From contig NC_068982.1 in assembly GCF_001194135.2 (NCBI RefSeq), positions 744,102-808,101 of the forward strand: a stretch of 64,000 nucleotides of DNA, given 5' to 3'. Source of the stretch: Octopus bimaculoides. Lineage: Eukaryota. The notes under the pieces are model-generated. The model saw only the letters and a list, made by a program, of their open reading frames with translations, did no database searches and was not told the DNA's origin. Below are positions 49,121 to 62,362 of this stretch, in pieces. Each line of letters begins with the position of its first letter. The first letter of the stretch is position 1. Made by a program: the position numbers and the translations under genes.

Positions 49121-50413
49121 CCAAGGGGTGCTGAAAAGTTCCTAGCTTGGAGAGTATCACGAAAGGTTAGAGGTGTTAAATGTACAAGGAAGGTAGGACA
49201 ACTATTTAGAAGATATGCAAAAACTCATTATGGTATACAGTATATCTTCGTCTTTTTTTTGCAGATTTAACGAATGATGGCAGCTTCTACAGTGGATTTT
49301 GGTAAAACTGAAGCACAAATGGTAATGAAGTTCCTCTTTTTGTAAGGCAAAGGAATGGCGGAAATCAATGGAGAGATGAAGGAAGTTTTGAAGGATGACT
49401 GTCCATCTTACTCCGCAGCGAAAATCTGAATGCTAAAGTTTCGGACTGGTCATTTCAGGGTCACAGATGAACCCCGGTTAGGACGGCCAACTTCTGCGAC
49501 CACAGAAGACAAAGCCGATGCTGTGCACGTCACGATTCTCAAGGACAGCCGGATTCGAGCTAAAGTCATAGCTGAGACTCTGTGGATTTCCCGCGAAAGA
49601 GGTGACCATGTCATTCACAACATTAAAGACATGAGAATGTTTTCCGCAAAATGGCTGCCGAAATATATGAACGCAGATGAGAAGCGCATCAAAGTGATGA
49701 CATTAAAATGACGACGTCAAGAATAACGATTTTGAACCGGTTTGCAGCAACAGAGACTGACTTTTATGGTTCGTTTAGTTATCATGGATGTAAGCTGGCT
49801 TCATCATTACGACCCTCATACCAAGCAGCAATCAATGGAATGGCACCACAGCAGTTCACCGAGCCCCAAGAGGTTTCGAATCCAGAAGTCAGCTGGAAAG
49901 TTCCTGGTTTCAGTGTTCCACGAGAAAGACGGAGCACTCCTTATAAAATACCTGCCAAAGGTTCGCACCAGCAACGCGTCTCTGTTGGACGAACTGTGTG
50001 AAGCTTTGAAGCAGAAACGCTGTAGAAAGCTGAGCTGTGGTGTTCTGTTTTTGCAGGACAATGTTCCAGCACACAGCACATGAAGCTCTACGGAAAATAC
50101 GCAACTTTGGCTTCGAATTGGTAGACAACCCACCTTACTCTCCCGACTTGGCCTCCTCCAACTAACACCGCTTTCCACAACTGAAGAGACGTCTCAAAGG
50201 AACGAAATTTCTCTCCAATTCGGAAGTGATCGCTGTCACAAAGGCCTGGTTGGAGGCCCAACCGTCCGAGTTCTTTTTACAGGGCTTAGAAAAACTGAAG
50301 GACCGCTGCAATAAGTGTTTGAATCTCAAAGGGGAATGTTTTGGATAAAACCATTCATACTGATCCTCCTGTATTTTCTTTTACCCAAAGTCAGAAACTT
50401 TTTAGCACTCCAG
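49121..50413 (+). mobile_element. Mariner DNA transposon (irritans/Himar1-like), full length (1293 bp), pseudogenised
   Basis: TA-flanked TIRs (GGGGTGCTGAAAAGTTCCT versus GGAGTGCTAAAAAGTTTCT). Peptides KTEAQMVMKFLFL, DDCPSYS, FRTGHFRVTDEPRLGRP, FSAKWLPK, WLHHYDP, FLQDNVPAH, PPYSPDLASS. Confidence 0.95.
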
Positions 50414-51497
50414 TAACGATAACTTGCATTGACCGAGAATTGAAATTCCAAACCTGTAGAGTTCAACATTTAGCATTTGGCACCGACGTACATAAGTAGA
50501 TTTGCATAACTGTTGGTTTCTTTGTTATATCAACTTCGGTGTGTTAACTGCCTAAGTGAAAAGAACTATTTTCGTGAGTCGAGAAGCAGCCGCCTTGATT
50601 CAATAAAACCAACCTCATACCTCATCACGATTTGGCCTGGTGGAAGAGTCCAAAGCCTGAGGGATGGAGAGAAAAATGTGTTGAATATCCCGATTGGTTT
50701 TCTTTTTTTTGTTTTTGTTTCTGTCGGGTATTGAAAATGCATTGCAATCATGACTTGTTTAGCGGTTGTCATTTGAAAACTAACCACATCGTAATCAGGT
50801 CTTGAATACATAACTCATAAGATTCGTTCGTTATAAAGTGAAATGCGTTTGTTTGAAAGTCTAAGAATGACTTCTCTTGAAAACAACTTATATTCTTCTT
50901 CTAGAAACTACGGATAATTTAACATTTGAGTGAGATAGTTAATGGTGTAAATTTGCAAGAAGACAATATAAAATTAGTAAGCATTGACAATCCATGAGTA
51001 GATTTAGTATTATCTCAATGCTAAAATCACATAGCGAGAGAAGAGGATCTTCAGAATAATTAGCAAATTCTTGAGAAATTGTTACAAGTTGCTCCTTGAG
51101 GTAATATAATACAATGATAAGTTCTAATACAAAGTGTTAATGTGAGTATTAATCCTCTGATGTTAAGCTTGTGAATGTGTTTTCTAATCTTATTGGAAGT
51201 GATTTTCTATTTTCATTTGTCGGAAATTGTTAGCGTCAAATGATCGGCATCTTATCAATACTCGGAAGTATCGACTTCGATTCAGCTGTATTCATTTATT
51301 GCACAACGAGTAAATAAAACTGATAACCTCATCGAAGCTTTTAACTAGACAGTGCTGTTAAATGATTAATAAAATCCTTTTAAACATAATATCAATGGGC
51401 TCTAATTTGTTGTAAATTAGATCAAATATAGTTGTTTGTAAAAGGAAATATTTGTCTGAAGAGTTAATGGATACAATCCATGGGCTATCAGGCTTCC

Positions 51498-51555
<58 letters not shown>
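51498..51555. repeat. (TTA)n microsatellite at the 3' end of the Dong-like LINE
   Basis: Seen directly. Confidence 0.95.
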
Positions 51556-51752
51556 GAAAGATTCTCGGATAGTTCTTAATTACCGGTTATCCTTTATCTG
51601 AAAGAAGGCAACAACAAATCACCAAAGGTTTCAAGTAGTTCCTTCTCATTTGACCCAAAGAGACAATACTCTCCTTAGAATGCGAGCTGTACCCAACAAT
51701 GCTGTCTTCTGGATCACTTCGAGCCTGACAGCAGCTCCAATATTCTTAATCA
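51556..51752 (-). mobile_element. R4/Dong-like LINE, C-terminus and 3' UTR
   Basis: KNIGAAVRLEVIQKTALLGTARILRRVLSLWVK*, then a UTR and (TAA)n. Confidence 0.85.
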
Positions 51753-51797
51753 TCATCATCATCATCATCAACAACAACAACAACAACAACAACAACA

Positions 51798-51958
51798 AGG
51801 CGGCGAGCTGGCAGAAATGTTAGCACACCGGGCGAAATACTTAGAGGCATTTCGTCAACCGCAACGTTCTGAGTTCAAATTCCACCGAGGTCAACTTTGC
51901 CTTTCATCCTTTCGGAGTCGATAAATTAAGAATCAGTTGCATACTGGGGTCGATCTAA
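51798..51958 (+). mobile_element. SINE family A, 3' truncated, lying between the Dong-like pieces
   Basis: Family A head and central domain. Confidence 0.88.
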
Positions 51959-51959
51959 G

Positions 51960-53805
51960 CTTGTTTGGAACCTTCATACTTCAGTGTAGTTCGTAAGAGC
52001 ACATCACTTGTTGTATTAAGGTACGTTTAAGACCTATTATTGCTGATTTGAGGGATTGTTCGAGCTGTATCAGGCCTCTTCCACCTATTTTTCTTGGGAA
52101 ATAAATCCTGTTTACATTTTGGATGGCGCATTCGGTACCTTGTAAGGAATTTACAGATCTTTCCCTCCATATTCTGCACCTCAGTGAGACTCCACTCAAT
52201 GACACCGAAGCTATATGTGGTTACTGGTTTGGCCAAAGAATTGGTCGCATTAATTCTGTTAGAAGCATTTAATTCTGAGTTTAGGACCATTCTTACCCTT
52301 CGGTAGCATTCCTTGCGGATTTTCTCTTTCATTTTAGAGAGATGGATACCATCACCTTCATTGGTTCCCAGATATTTGTATACTTCGGTTTGGTCTTGGT
52401 TTCGAATAGCTGTGGTAGTATCCATTTCTATGTCTTCTGCCTTTATGAACTTCCCTGCTTTGAAAGTAGCCTTTGCACATTTATCAAGTCCGAATTCCAT
52501 ACGTATATATCAGAACTGGATTCTTTGATAATATTCAGGAGCTCTTCTAATTCTTTGTCGTTTTTGGTAAACAGTTTTAGACCATCCATATAGAGGAGAT
52601 GATTAATTTTCTGGTCAAAGGTCTTATACCCTTTCTTAGCATTATTCACTTGCGTGGATAAAGGGGACAGAGCGAGGCAGAATAGTAATGGTGATAATGA
52701 GGCACATTGAAAGATATCACAGGCGATATTGATGTCTGGTGAGGTGGTGTATCCTTGTGCATGGTTTAAAACGAGGGTGGTTCTCCACGAATTCATGATT
52801 ACTTTTAAAAAGTTCACAATTGCTGGAGCTATCTTGTAAATTTGCAGAGCCTTGATGATCCAGGCATAGGGGACACTGCCAAAAGCCTTCTTGTAATCTA
52901 TCCAAGCAGTGCTAAGTTTTCTGCGTTTGGATTTGCAATTTTCAATGACCATTTTATCAATCAGTAATTGGTCCTCACATCCATATGAACTCCTTTTACA
53001 TCCGTTTTGTTCCACTGGGAATAACTTCCTATTGTCCGAGAATTCATATGCTCTATTCGCTATTATAGATGTTAATAGTTTATATATGGTGGTGAGGCAT
53101 GTTATTTTGGGGGTTAGTTGTTTCTTCTGTTTTTGGTAAGAGATATGTAATCCCTTCTGTAAGCCACTTTGGGGCTTTCGCAGGGTTTCAGAGCATTTTG
53201 TCTGTGGGACTGAGTTGACTTTTGACTGAGTTGACTTTTGACCGAGTTGACTTTTGACTGATCTATTTTGTCAAATTCGCTGTCAGTCTTCTTTTTAAGG
53301 ATATCACGTCTCACAGCTCCTAGTTTATCACTGTCCAGGCACAGCCTGCTATGCGGGTTTTTTGCATATCCAAGATATTGTAGGTTTCTTTTTGTGTGTT
53401 TGATGTTTCTGGGTTTAGCGTTGAATAATAATAGACATACATAACTTCGATATATTCCTCCTTAGTCCATCTCTGTCTTGTATTTCTATTTCTTTGGGAT
53501 AGGTTTGGTAGTTGATCCTGAGAGTCAGTTTTGGGAATATCCCTGGTTTGATTTGCTACAGGCTCTTGGAGAGGTTGGTCCTGATTTAAAGACTTTCCGA
53601 GGTCAGTGTCAGAACTCAAGGTCACTGATGAACGCGTTCTTCGAACGACACGAGTTCTAGGGGGTATTTCAATGGTTGGTATCCAGGGCCGTGCTATAAG
53701 CGCACAGGGTTAACCAGCTGTCTGGTTCCTTGGGTAAGGTTCAGAGGTCCCAGGCATCATCATTTTCTGGTGGGTGGAGGAATTTTATTTTGAGAAGTTT
53801 TAAAT
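51960..53805 (-). mobile_element. R4/Dong-like REL LINE: N-terminal region and RT, internally deleted
   Basis: RQRWTKEEYIEVMYVYY (N-terminal); EQNGCKRSSYGCEDQLLIDK, STAWIDYKKAFGSVP, IFQCASLSPLLFCLAL, INHLLYMDGLKLF, MEFGLDKCAK, EVYKYLG, NASNRINATNSLAKPV. Confidence 0.92.
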
Positions 53806-53881
53806 TAGTTCATGTCATGACCTGCTGCTTGGAAAGTGTCAAATGCAGACAGACAGAATTCTTGTAGCATCGGAGAAAGAG

Positions 53882-53920
<39 letters not shown>

Positions 53921-54148
53921 NNNNNNNNNNNNNNNNNNNNNNNNNNNNNNNNNNNNNNNNNNNNNNNNNNNNNNNNNNNNNNNNNNNNNNNNNNNNNNNN
54001 NNNNNNNNNNNNNNNNNNNNNNNNNNNNNNNNNNNNNNNNNNNNNNNNNNNNNNNNNNNNNNNNNNNNNNNNNNNNNNNNNNNNNNNNNNNNNNNNNNNN
54101 NNNNNNNNNNNNNNNNNNNNNNNNNNNNNNNNNNNNNNNNNNNNNNNN

Positions 54149-54214
<66 letters not shown>

Positions 54215-54469
54215 TGTCTCCAGGCAAATCGCTATTATCATTGTTATTATTAGTAGCTGCAGTAGTAGTAGTATTGCGATCCAGGAAGCCAAAGAAGCGC
54301 GTTATACCCTTGCGGTCAACAGAGGTCAACTGTGTTTACTACTACAGGTGCCCAATGAGAGGGCTGACCTTGGACTTGGAAAGGGTCAACTCACCCTGTG
54401 GTGTTTTAATTACGAATAGAAAAAAATAACAGTAATAATACACACACACATACATATTGATATTTAGAT

Positions 54470-54770
54470 CGTTGGATATGCCATAGTATGGCTGCTTTCT
54501 CATTATCTGTGACCTTTTCTGGCCCGTGCCTTTACCATCTTTTTTTCTGTTGTCTTTTCATAATGTTGGCATAGCTTCCAGTGCATATAGGTCCCAACTC
54601 TGTCGAGTCTGTGAATATATTTCTTCTTAAGCCAGGACTGGGCAGCCAGAGACAATATGACTTATTGTTTCTTCTCCATCTCCACATATTCTGCAGTTAA
54701 TTGTACTTCTTTTCCTGTTTGGTGATTTCTGGTGGGGAAGCTTTGATCTTGTGCACAACATATGCTATAG
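54470..54770 (-). pseudogene. R4/Dong-like CCHC zinc-knuckle fragment
   Basis: QDQSFPTRN...NCRICGDGEETISHIVSGCPVLA...HRLDRVGTYMHWKLCQHY...EKVTDNEKAAILW, across frameshifts. Confidence 0.85.
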
Positions 54771-54830
54771 AGTTGATTGTTGTGGACAGCTGACAGTTTC
54801 CATCATACCCAGCAAAATATGCTGTAAGTT

Positions 54831-55120
54831 CAGATACCAGGAAACCCCAAAATGGCTGATGTTCAAAAGATAGTGCTCATGGGAACTGCCCATATTCTTC
54901 GTAAAATACTGTCTATGTGATCTCAAATTTTAAAACAAACATAATTTTCTTATGGTTTCTTAAACATTCTCTAGAACAAAACTGTACAAATCCAAATATA
55001 TGGTACCCTAGGCATAACACCTACATGAACTTCTAACTTGTTGTCTCTTGAGGTCTCTGGGTGAGACTTGGATCCAACTTGTACAAATGCAAAACAAAAG
55101 TCAAACATAAAATAATAATA
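54831..55120 (+). mobile_element. R4/Dong-like LINE 3' end with a (TAA)n tail
   Basis: QIPGNPKMADVQKIVLMGTAHILRKILSM*, then a UTR and aataataataat. Confidence 0.85.
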
Positions 55121-55127
55121 ATGATAA

Positions 55128-55274
55128 AGGCGAGCTGGGGCAGAATTGTTTGCACGCTGGACAAAATACTGAGCAGCATTTCGCTCGTCTTCACGTTCCG
55201 AGTTCAAGTTGTGCCAAGGACAGTTTTGCCATTCATTCTTTCGGAGTCGATAAACTAAGTACCAGTTGAGTACT
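55128..55274 (+). mobile_element. SINE family A, diverged and 3' truncated
   Basis: ggcgagctggggcagaattg...gagttcaag...gccattcattctttcggagtcgataaactaagtaccag. Confidence 0.8.
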
Positions 55275-55553
55275 TCCCACGAAGTTGATGACTTTGTGGC
55301 AAAATTTGAAACCAGTTTTCTTGTTCTACTGTCGTTACTTGTCTTTAGTGGCAAAATAATATTGACATTTTAGTTTGACCCAAAGTGACACTTTTGGCGT
55401 GATTTGATTTGCAATTATGAATAGAAACTAACATATCTGTCTCGATGTTTAATTCAGCTGTTATTAGCAAATATACAGACATGACCATTTCCTTTATTCT
55501 TTGATTAGTCACAACGATGATTTGTTTTATTATTTATAGGAAGATAGGAATGA

Positions 55554-55696
55554 AGGCGCGTGGCTTAGTTGTTAAGGGTATTCGGCTGACAGTCGTGAGT
55601 CAGATTCCTGACTGCTCATTATATGCTTGAGTAAGACACTCTACTTTACGTTGCGTTAGTCCACTCAGCTGTACCCTTGTCACATTCTGTGTCAGG
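55554..55696 (+). mobile_element. SINE family C
   Basis: ggcgcgtggcttagttgttaaggg...ttgagtaagacactctactttacgttgc...gtccactcagctg. Confidence 0.65.
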
Positions 55697-56808
55697 ATAA
55701 ATCTCCCTGATTGAGGAGATTCATTGAGTGGATCAACTGGGAATTTTGTACGTCATAACCGACGGAATGCCACTCACAGGAAAATTCCATTAATGTATTC
55801 CCTAATAAAATTTGAAATGATTGTTTATAGTAATGATTGTTTATAGATTGTTTATAGTAATGAAAAACTCGCCAAACCCCCTTCAATTTTAAGCCAGAGA
55901 AGTGAACACATTTCATTATCTTATGCATCTCCTATGCTAAATCCTATATAAAACTCCGCCTGAAACACTTAAAACTCTACTCTGCTTCTCACTTTGCTAT
56001 AAATATCATCTGGAAACATTTCCCATTTGTACATTAATGAAACTCTCAGCCACAGGTTATACTTAAAAAAATGTGCAATAATACAAATGGAGTAGTGATT
56101 TGTTCTAATCACTAACGTTTTTTAATTTCGTAATAGAATTGATCATCATACTATTTCTGAATAATTTGGAAATATCAAGTCATGAGTTCCTAAATATTTC
56201 AATTTTCAATATGTTTATGAGAATCAATTAAGTAAATATATTGGGTGTAGTTAATTATAATTGGACATTGTGCCAACATTATTATTACCAAATTTACGAT
56301 AACAACCTGATTTAAAACAACTACACTTAACATAATTACTATACACTGACGATATATAAATCTAATTACGAAAAGTACTGAATTCTCGAACAAGAATTCC
56401 TATATTAATGTGAAATGAAAATAAATAGCAAATCTAACATTCACAATATGCAAATTTAATTAAGATACCTATTGCACTTTCCAACGGGAATTTCTATAAC
56501 AATGACATTTTCTTAGATCAATGAGAGTATTTTGTTAAATTATTTCTCAAGTGCCCTGATGGGTTTCTAGGTATTTTGTAAATATTGAACAGTGAAATAA
56601 CAAGGGAAACTAACCAAAACGAAACGGGGGAAGCATTCTGCTGTCTAGAATGGAATTGTCTGATACTTATCTAAGGTTGCTACGTGAATGAGAAGTGTTT
56701 AGGCAGCGTATCAGCTGCTCCTTTTCGTTACTGAACACCTTTCGACACAAGTTCACAAAGATACTATAAATGAATGTGGCTCAAAAGCTTTGAGATATCA
56801 CACACACA

Positions 56809-56882
<74 letters not shown>

Positions 56883-59230
56883 CACGTACCTATACACACG
56901 CATGCATACGCTCATATACTCACATGCGTTTATATGTAAATCTATCTCGTAGACATTCAAGCATGACAAATTTGATTATTTAATTATTTCTCCTTAGATT
57001 GAAAAAATGATGAACAACCTTAATCGATTTTCGAAACTTATTGAATTCTCATCAAGGGTCTCTCTCTCCCTCTCTCATAAATATATATATATATATATAT
57101 CATATATATATATATATGTATATGTGTATGTATGTGTGTGTGTGTTTGTACACATACATATAAATGGAGGGGTAGGGTAGTAGAGCGAGATTAAGATGTA
57201 TTCAGTTAACGAAGTAAGCAAAACCTTGGGAAACACAATTAGCTGTGTTTCAGATTCCTGAACCTTAGACGCACGCCAAGTCTGTCTGGCGTTTTCGAGA
57301 GACTTCCATTTCCCTTCCACATTTTACATAAACGTTGTTATAGTTTTAGTTTGTTTCTTTTGAATTTCACATTCAGCCCTTTTGTAATAAATAACTTTTT
57401 TAAAGGCTTCTGGAGGAATTAAAATGTTCACATGAACTACATGAGGTCAGCCTTACCTCCGTCACAGGATTAAGTTCTTCCGGGTCTCACGCCCCCTGCA
57501 CATCTACCCTCTGTGTCTGTAACACCTTGTATATCAATCAATCCGACTACTGTTTACCTGAGTTATTCACAGGATATCTTTTGTAAATTCGATGTTGAGG
57601 AACTTGCTTAGATTTAAGTCACCAATTAAATTGTATCTAAATATCTGCAGTGAAACAGATGCGTTGCCAAAGATAACTGGAATAAAATGGTGGAGTCACG
57701 GTTCGTCAACCAACAAATATATCAAAGTCAATGATTTTTGGGTTGGTGGCTGACTCGATCAACGCAGAGATGGTGATGGTTTGATTATGGTTTGATTTGG
57801 AGGTGCCAGAGAGATGAACGACTTTGGAGTGTTTGTTTGCTGGTAAGGGGTGTGTGTAAGGGATTACCATAAAGCGTTTAGGATTGTGTAAGACTTGATT
57901 CCTGAAATAGTTATACATCTAGAGAAGCGAGAGAGTTTGACCTTGAACCAAACGAACTGCTGACAGCCAGGTAATAAAGGTAAAAGAGCAATCTACACAT
58001 GCGCATTCATCAGAGTTCAGAATGAAATATAAGGAAAGAGGTGTAGCTTTGACAGAAGAGCTGGACGACATATCGTTTCATTTGACACAAAATATCAGCA
58101 ATAACAATGTTTATAAGTCGATATTTTCACTCTCACGAGAAGCATTTCCATTGGGGGTCAAAAAGACGTTTTGGTTGAGATATATGTTTATAAGGTACTA
58201 GCAGTGAAACAACGAGATGCTACAATTGTCTGTCTATTTTCGCATATCTTTCTAATTCTCAGTCTGAGAGGAAATGTAAAAACCCGATTAGAAAAAAAAA
58301 AAAAACCTCTCATCTTTTCAAAAGCTAAATCAGAAGAAATTTTTATATTTGGCCAAACCTCAATCGTCTTATCAGTGAAGGTCAGATTGATTGGAAAGGA
58401 AAATGGATCCAACCAACTTCTCGATTACAGCTAATATAATTAATATGGTGACATTATTACTGAAGTTAATAATAGATTACTGTGTATCGTTTTTAATTAT
58501 CTGTCCATATAACTTTCGCTCCATCATGTATCTATGTTTATACATGCAACCTAACGTTCGCTAATATACGTATAAAAATAATTAATAGTTTGTTTGAATT
58601 ATTCTTTATTCCCCTCCAGTCAGATTATTTCTGTATCAATTGCGTTCATCTGTCTGAGAATTACAAGAAGACACACTATATATGTTTTAACGTAATGGAC
58701 GTCATAAGGAATATGAAACAAAGAAGCTGAAGAGACGTACGATATGAAGAAAATAAAATAAATATTAAAACTAAGAGAAACAGTAAAAAAAAAAAAACGA
58801 GGAAAACGAAAGAAGATAATAATAGTATTTAAGAACGATTGAGATAAGTGAAAAAGAATTAAGATTAAAGAAGAGATTTAAAATTGGATCAAATAATATC
58901 CAAACATAGTCTTATTCCAAATGAGTGTGATGTGCTTGCATATAATGTCTGGTTTAAATAAATCGTTTTAAGTGGTATCGACTCGTTCGCTTTGTCGTAA
59001 TCCATGGTATTTCAACGCTGAAATCCGTAAGGAAATAATCCAAACTAACATCAGGAATTCATGGAATCTGTTCAAAAGTAGATAGTATTTTGAACCAGGA
59101 ATTTGAAAATTTCATCCAAAGTATGTTTTCTTGTTTCTCATATATTTTTAAAATACACAATTGAATACATTTACTGCAATACCCGTAATAATAATAAGAA
59201 TTAAAAAAAAAATAGTAATAATAAAAATGT

Positions 59231-59439
59231 CTCCTATAGGCGTCAAGCCTGATATATTAGAGGAAGGGGTAAGTCTATTACATCGACTCCCAGTGCTCAA
59301 CTGGCACTTATTTTATCAACCCTGAAAGGATTAAAGACAAAGGTGACCTCGGCGGAATTTGAACTTAGAACCCAAAGACGGAAGAAATGCAGCTAAGCAT
59401 TTAGTCCGGCGTGTTAACGATTCGGCCAGTTTGCCGCTT
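59231..59439 (-). mobile_element. SINE family A
   Basis: Reverse complement aligns from head to tail. Confidence 0.82.
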
Positions 59440-59639
59440 AATAACAATAATAGTGTCTTATAAAGTTTTCGATAATATACCTAAATATTTAGATTTAATT
59501 AACGAATTTTGGGTAATGAAATGCATTCTTCCACCGATGGATCATGTCTCTGTAAATATATATTGATAGCTTAAAATATTTTACAAGTATCCCCTATTAC
59601 GTGTCATAAAACAATTCATTTTAAAGTCTAACCTATTGT

Positions 59640-60660
59640 GGTGGTGATATTCAAGTACCCACGAAGGGAGGTAGGCAAGGGAGCAATGCGCAGGTTACCG
59701 GGTAAACGAATGTTCACCAAATACCATCCATTCATTGCATTTCTTGCAATGGTTTCACTAGACAAATAGCAAGCGTTTATAGTATACTAGTTGGACGACC
59801 TGAGGTATCTGGTGTATAGGTGTTCGGTGTTTTAGGATCTTTTACACACGATCAGACAAGTGGAGCTTTAAAATGTCCCAAACCAATAGTGATGGAAGTT
59901 TTAATAACCCACCCGTCCCGCGATCCCATACATCAGAAATTCCTTTAATACAACCATAATCTTCCATCTACCCTTTCTCTTGAACATAGACGACAACTCT
60001 GGATGGAAACCGTCTCTTAGACATTGTTTTCCGCTTAAAAACTTACCATCAGAGGTAATTTCATGCCACCTACTGCGCATGCCTATGCTACTGTAAAACG
60101 CTGTTTTTCATATTCTATTGTCTGGACAAGTGCACATTTCACTTCTTTTATATCGATTATTCAATTGCAGACGATATAAAAAAACCATTGGGGTTTCTTC
60201 CAATCTGACTGAGATTCTGTTCGCGTCTATTTTGTGTCTGGATTATAAAACTCTGGAACTTGGTTATTTTTTCCTCGAGATTCTTCTTCAGGTTTTCTTG
60301 TCTCAGGACCAAATTCACTCAATTTATAAACCTTGAACACAAACCTGTTCTTGCGTTAAAGTCTACGGGAAAGCTATTTGATATAATCAGCCCATTTCAG
60401 TGCCCGAAGACGGATGAGAGACCTTGTCATCACCGAACCATTTTGTTTTGGGGTCTTTTACCTATTTTAATATCGCTGCTTCTAATTCTAGTTTCTTTCT
60501 TGTGAACTTTTTCAAACTATTTCTCTTGGACTGTTTTTCGTTGATCAAGGCCTGCCTGGCAGCGGAACTGTTGTATTTTTTTGGCGTACTGTACAACTTC
60601 CAGTTTGAACTCAATTTCCTATTTTATACGCTTTCGTTGTGGTTGCGACATCTTGATGGC
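59640..60660 (-). mobile_element. pogo/Tigger (POGK-like) transposase remnant
   Basis: EFKLEVVQYAKK, LIRLRALKWA, NLEEKITKFQSFII, QIG..ETPMVF, EKQRFTVA*AC..GGMKLPLMVSFKRKTM, VYVQEKG*M, GGLLKLPSLLVWD, NEWMVFGEHSFT. Possible subterminal motifs near 61110-61225. Confidence 0.85.
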
Positions 60661-62110
60661 GTTGTGACAAGTAAAACTGGTATGGCAGCCATTCGTAATT
60701 AGAGGGACAACTATTCAGAATGACAGAGACGCATGTCTACAAAGGCCGGTGGTCCGTTTTAAAGATCTTTCTAATCGCTTTTCAGCTTCGTTTTAATTGT
60801 CATTACGATAAACTATTAATAAGGATTTATTTATTACAATTTATTGAAATACAGACACTAATTCAGTAATTAAGCAAGTTTATCTTCATTCATTCAACTC
60901 ATAATTTAATAACCTTAATATTACTTCAATACAGCAACAGGTCAGTCCACATTTCAGTTTTACATGCAAAGTTCGTCACTTCATGTCATAGAAATTCTGT
61001 CGATTTTTCCCTTGATTTCGAAGATAAACACATGCTTCACTGTAAATTCATAATTTGCCAAGATTCTGTTTCATATTCCTTAAGCTGAAATTATTCTTGA
61101 GACCGCTTGCCATACAGTGCTCTCGACTTATATGCCAGTAATATTAGAAACTAAAGTTTCTGGCCTAAAACTTCGCCTCGGCGTATACGGCATCACGGCT
61201 TACATGCCGGCACGGAATTTACTTACACTAGTTTCAATCCTAAGTTGGAATTTCATCGGCAACTAATGATATAGGCAGTTCAGTTCTAATTCACACGCTA
61301 TTAAAACTGAATCTTTTTTGGACCATTAAAAATGTGATCGATTGGGTCAAGATTTACCAATTTCAATGTGTCCGAGTAAAGAGAAAACGGGTTTCTATAT
61401 CGGGCCTTGATTTCGGCATTGGAGAAAGAATCAAAATAAAGTCATATGAAATGCATAAAAAGATCTGGAACTGAATGGCAAATATATGAGAGCCATCATA
61501 AGATGTCAACGTTACCAGGAAAGTTTATAAGAGAGAGAGAAAAAAAAAGAGGGGATTACACAAAAGCAGATACTTTAACATAATGTGTAAGCATAGGCTT
61601 GAAATTAAATGAGTTGTTGGAACAATAACAGGATTAGCAAAGCAACAAAAATGAAGCACATATAAGTTGCAATCAAAAATCCAACCCCATGTTCAATTTA
61701 CTGAGAGAAGATGTGAATAAGAAGACAAGTTAAATATTATAGCATTTCTGCGCTCTGCTTCAATTAAAAAAAAAGAGACCAAAAGCCATCTTCGATGATG
61801 TTAAATATAGACAGATTCTACACGACCGCTGTATGTATATGTTTCAGTAAACAACACGTGACTTTCTTCATTGTTAAAACTGAAGATATTGGCTTCTACC
61901 AGACATTTTCACAAGGGAAAATTCTCTGGAAACAGTTGTTACACTGTAAATACGAAAATGTTTCTCTTTTTTGTCTCGATTACTAAATTACAAAAGTTCT
62001 ATGAAGAAAAAGAAAAACACACTTCATGAATTTCTCTCAGATATAATTATTTCCATTTTTAAAGAAATTCCTCAGTTCATAAAATGCTTAACAAGTTACA
62101 GTTTATACCA

Positions 62111-62270
62111 TCTTTACTTGTTTCATTCATTAGACTGCGGCCATTCTGGGACAATGCCTCGAACAATTTATTCGAATAAATCGACCCCGGACTTATTTTT
62201 TAAGCCTGGCACTTATTCTATAGGTCTCTTTTGCCGAACCGCTAATTTACGGGGACGTAAACACACCAAC
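62111..62270 (-). mobile_element. SINE family B, 3' half
   Basis: ttacttgtttcattcattagactgcggccat...gaaccgctaatttacggggacgtaaacacacc. Confidence 0.85.
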
Positions 62271-62362
62271 TACATACACAGACGGACAGACAGACAGACA
62301 GACACACACACACACAGACACACACACTTGCACACCTACGCACACACACTCATGTATACACA

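Noticed and set aside
54280-54410. Partial HDV-like ribozyme fold on the minus strand (P2 AGGTCA/TGACCT, P3 CCC/GGG, P1 GGGTG/CACCT) near the Dong-like elements
   Set aside because: P1 is only 5 bp, P1.1 is non-canonical and no C-N-R-A J4/2 precedes P2'. The position looks more like a LINE 3' UTR. An RNArobo search would settle it
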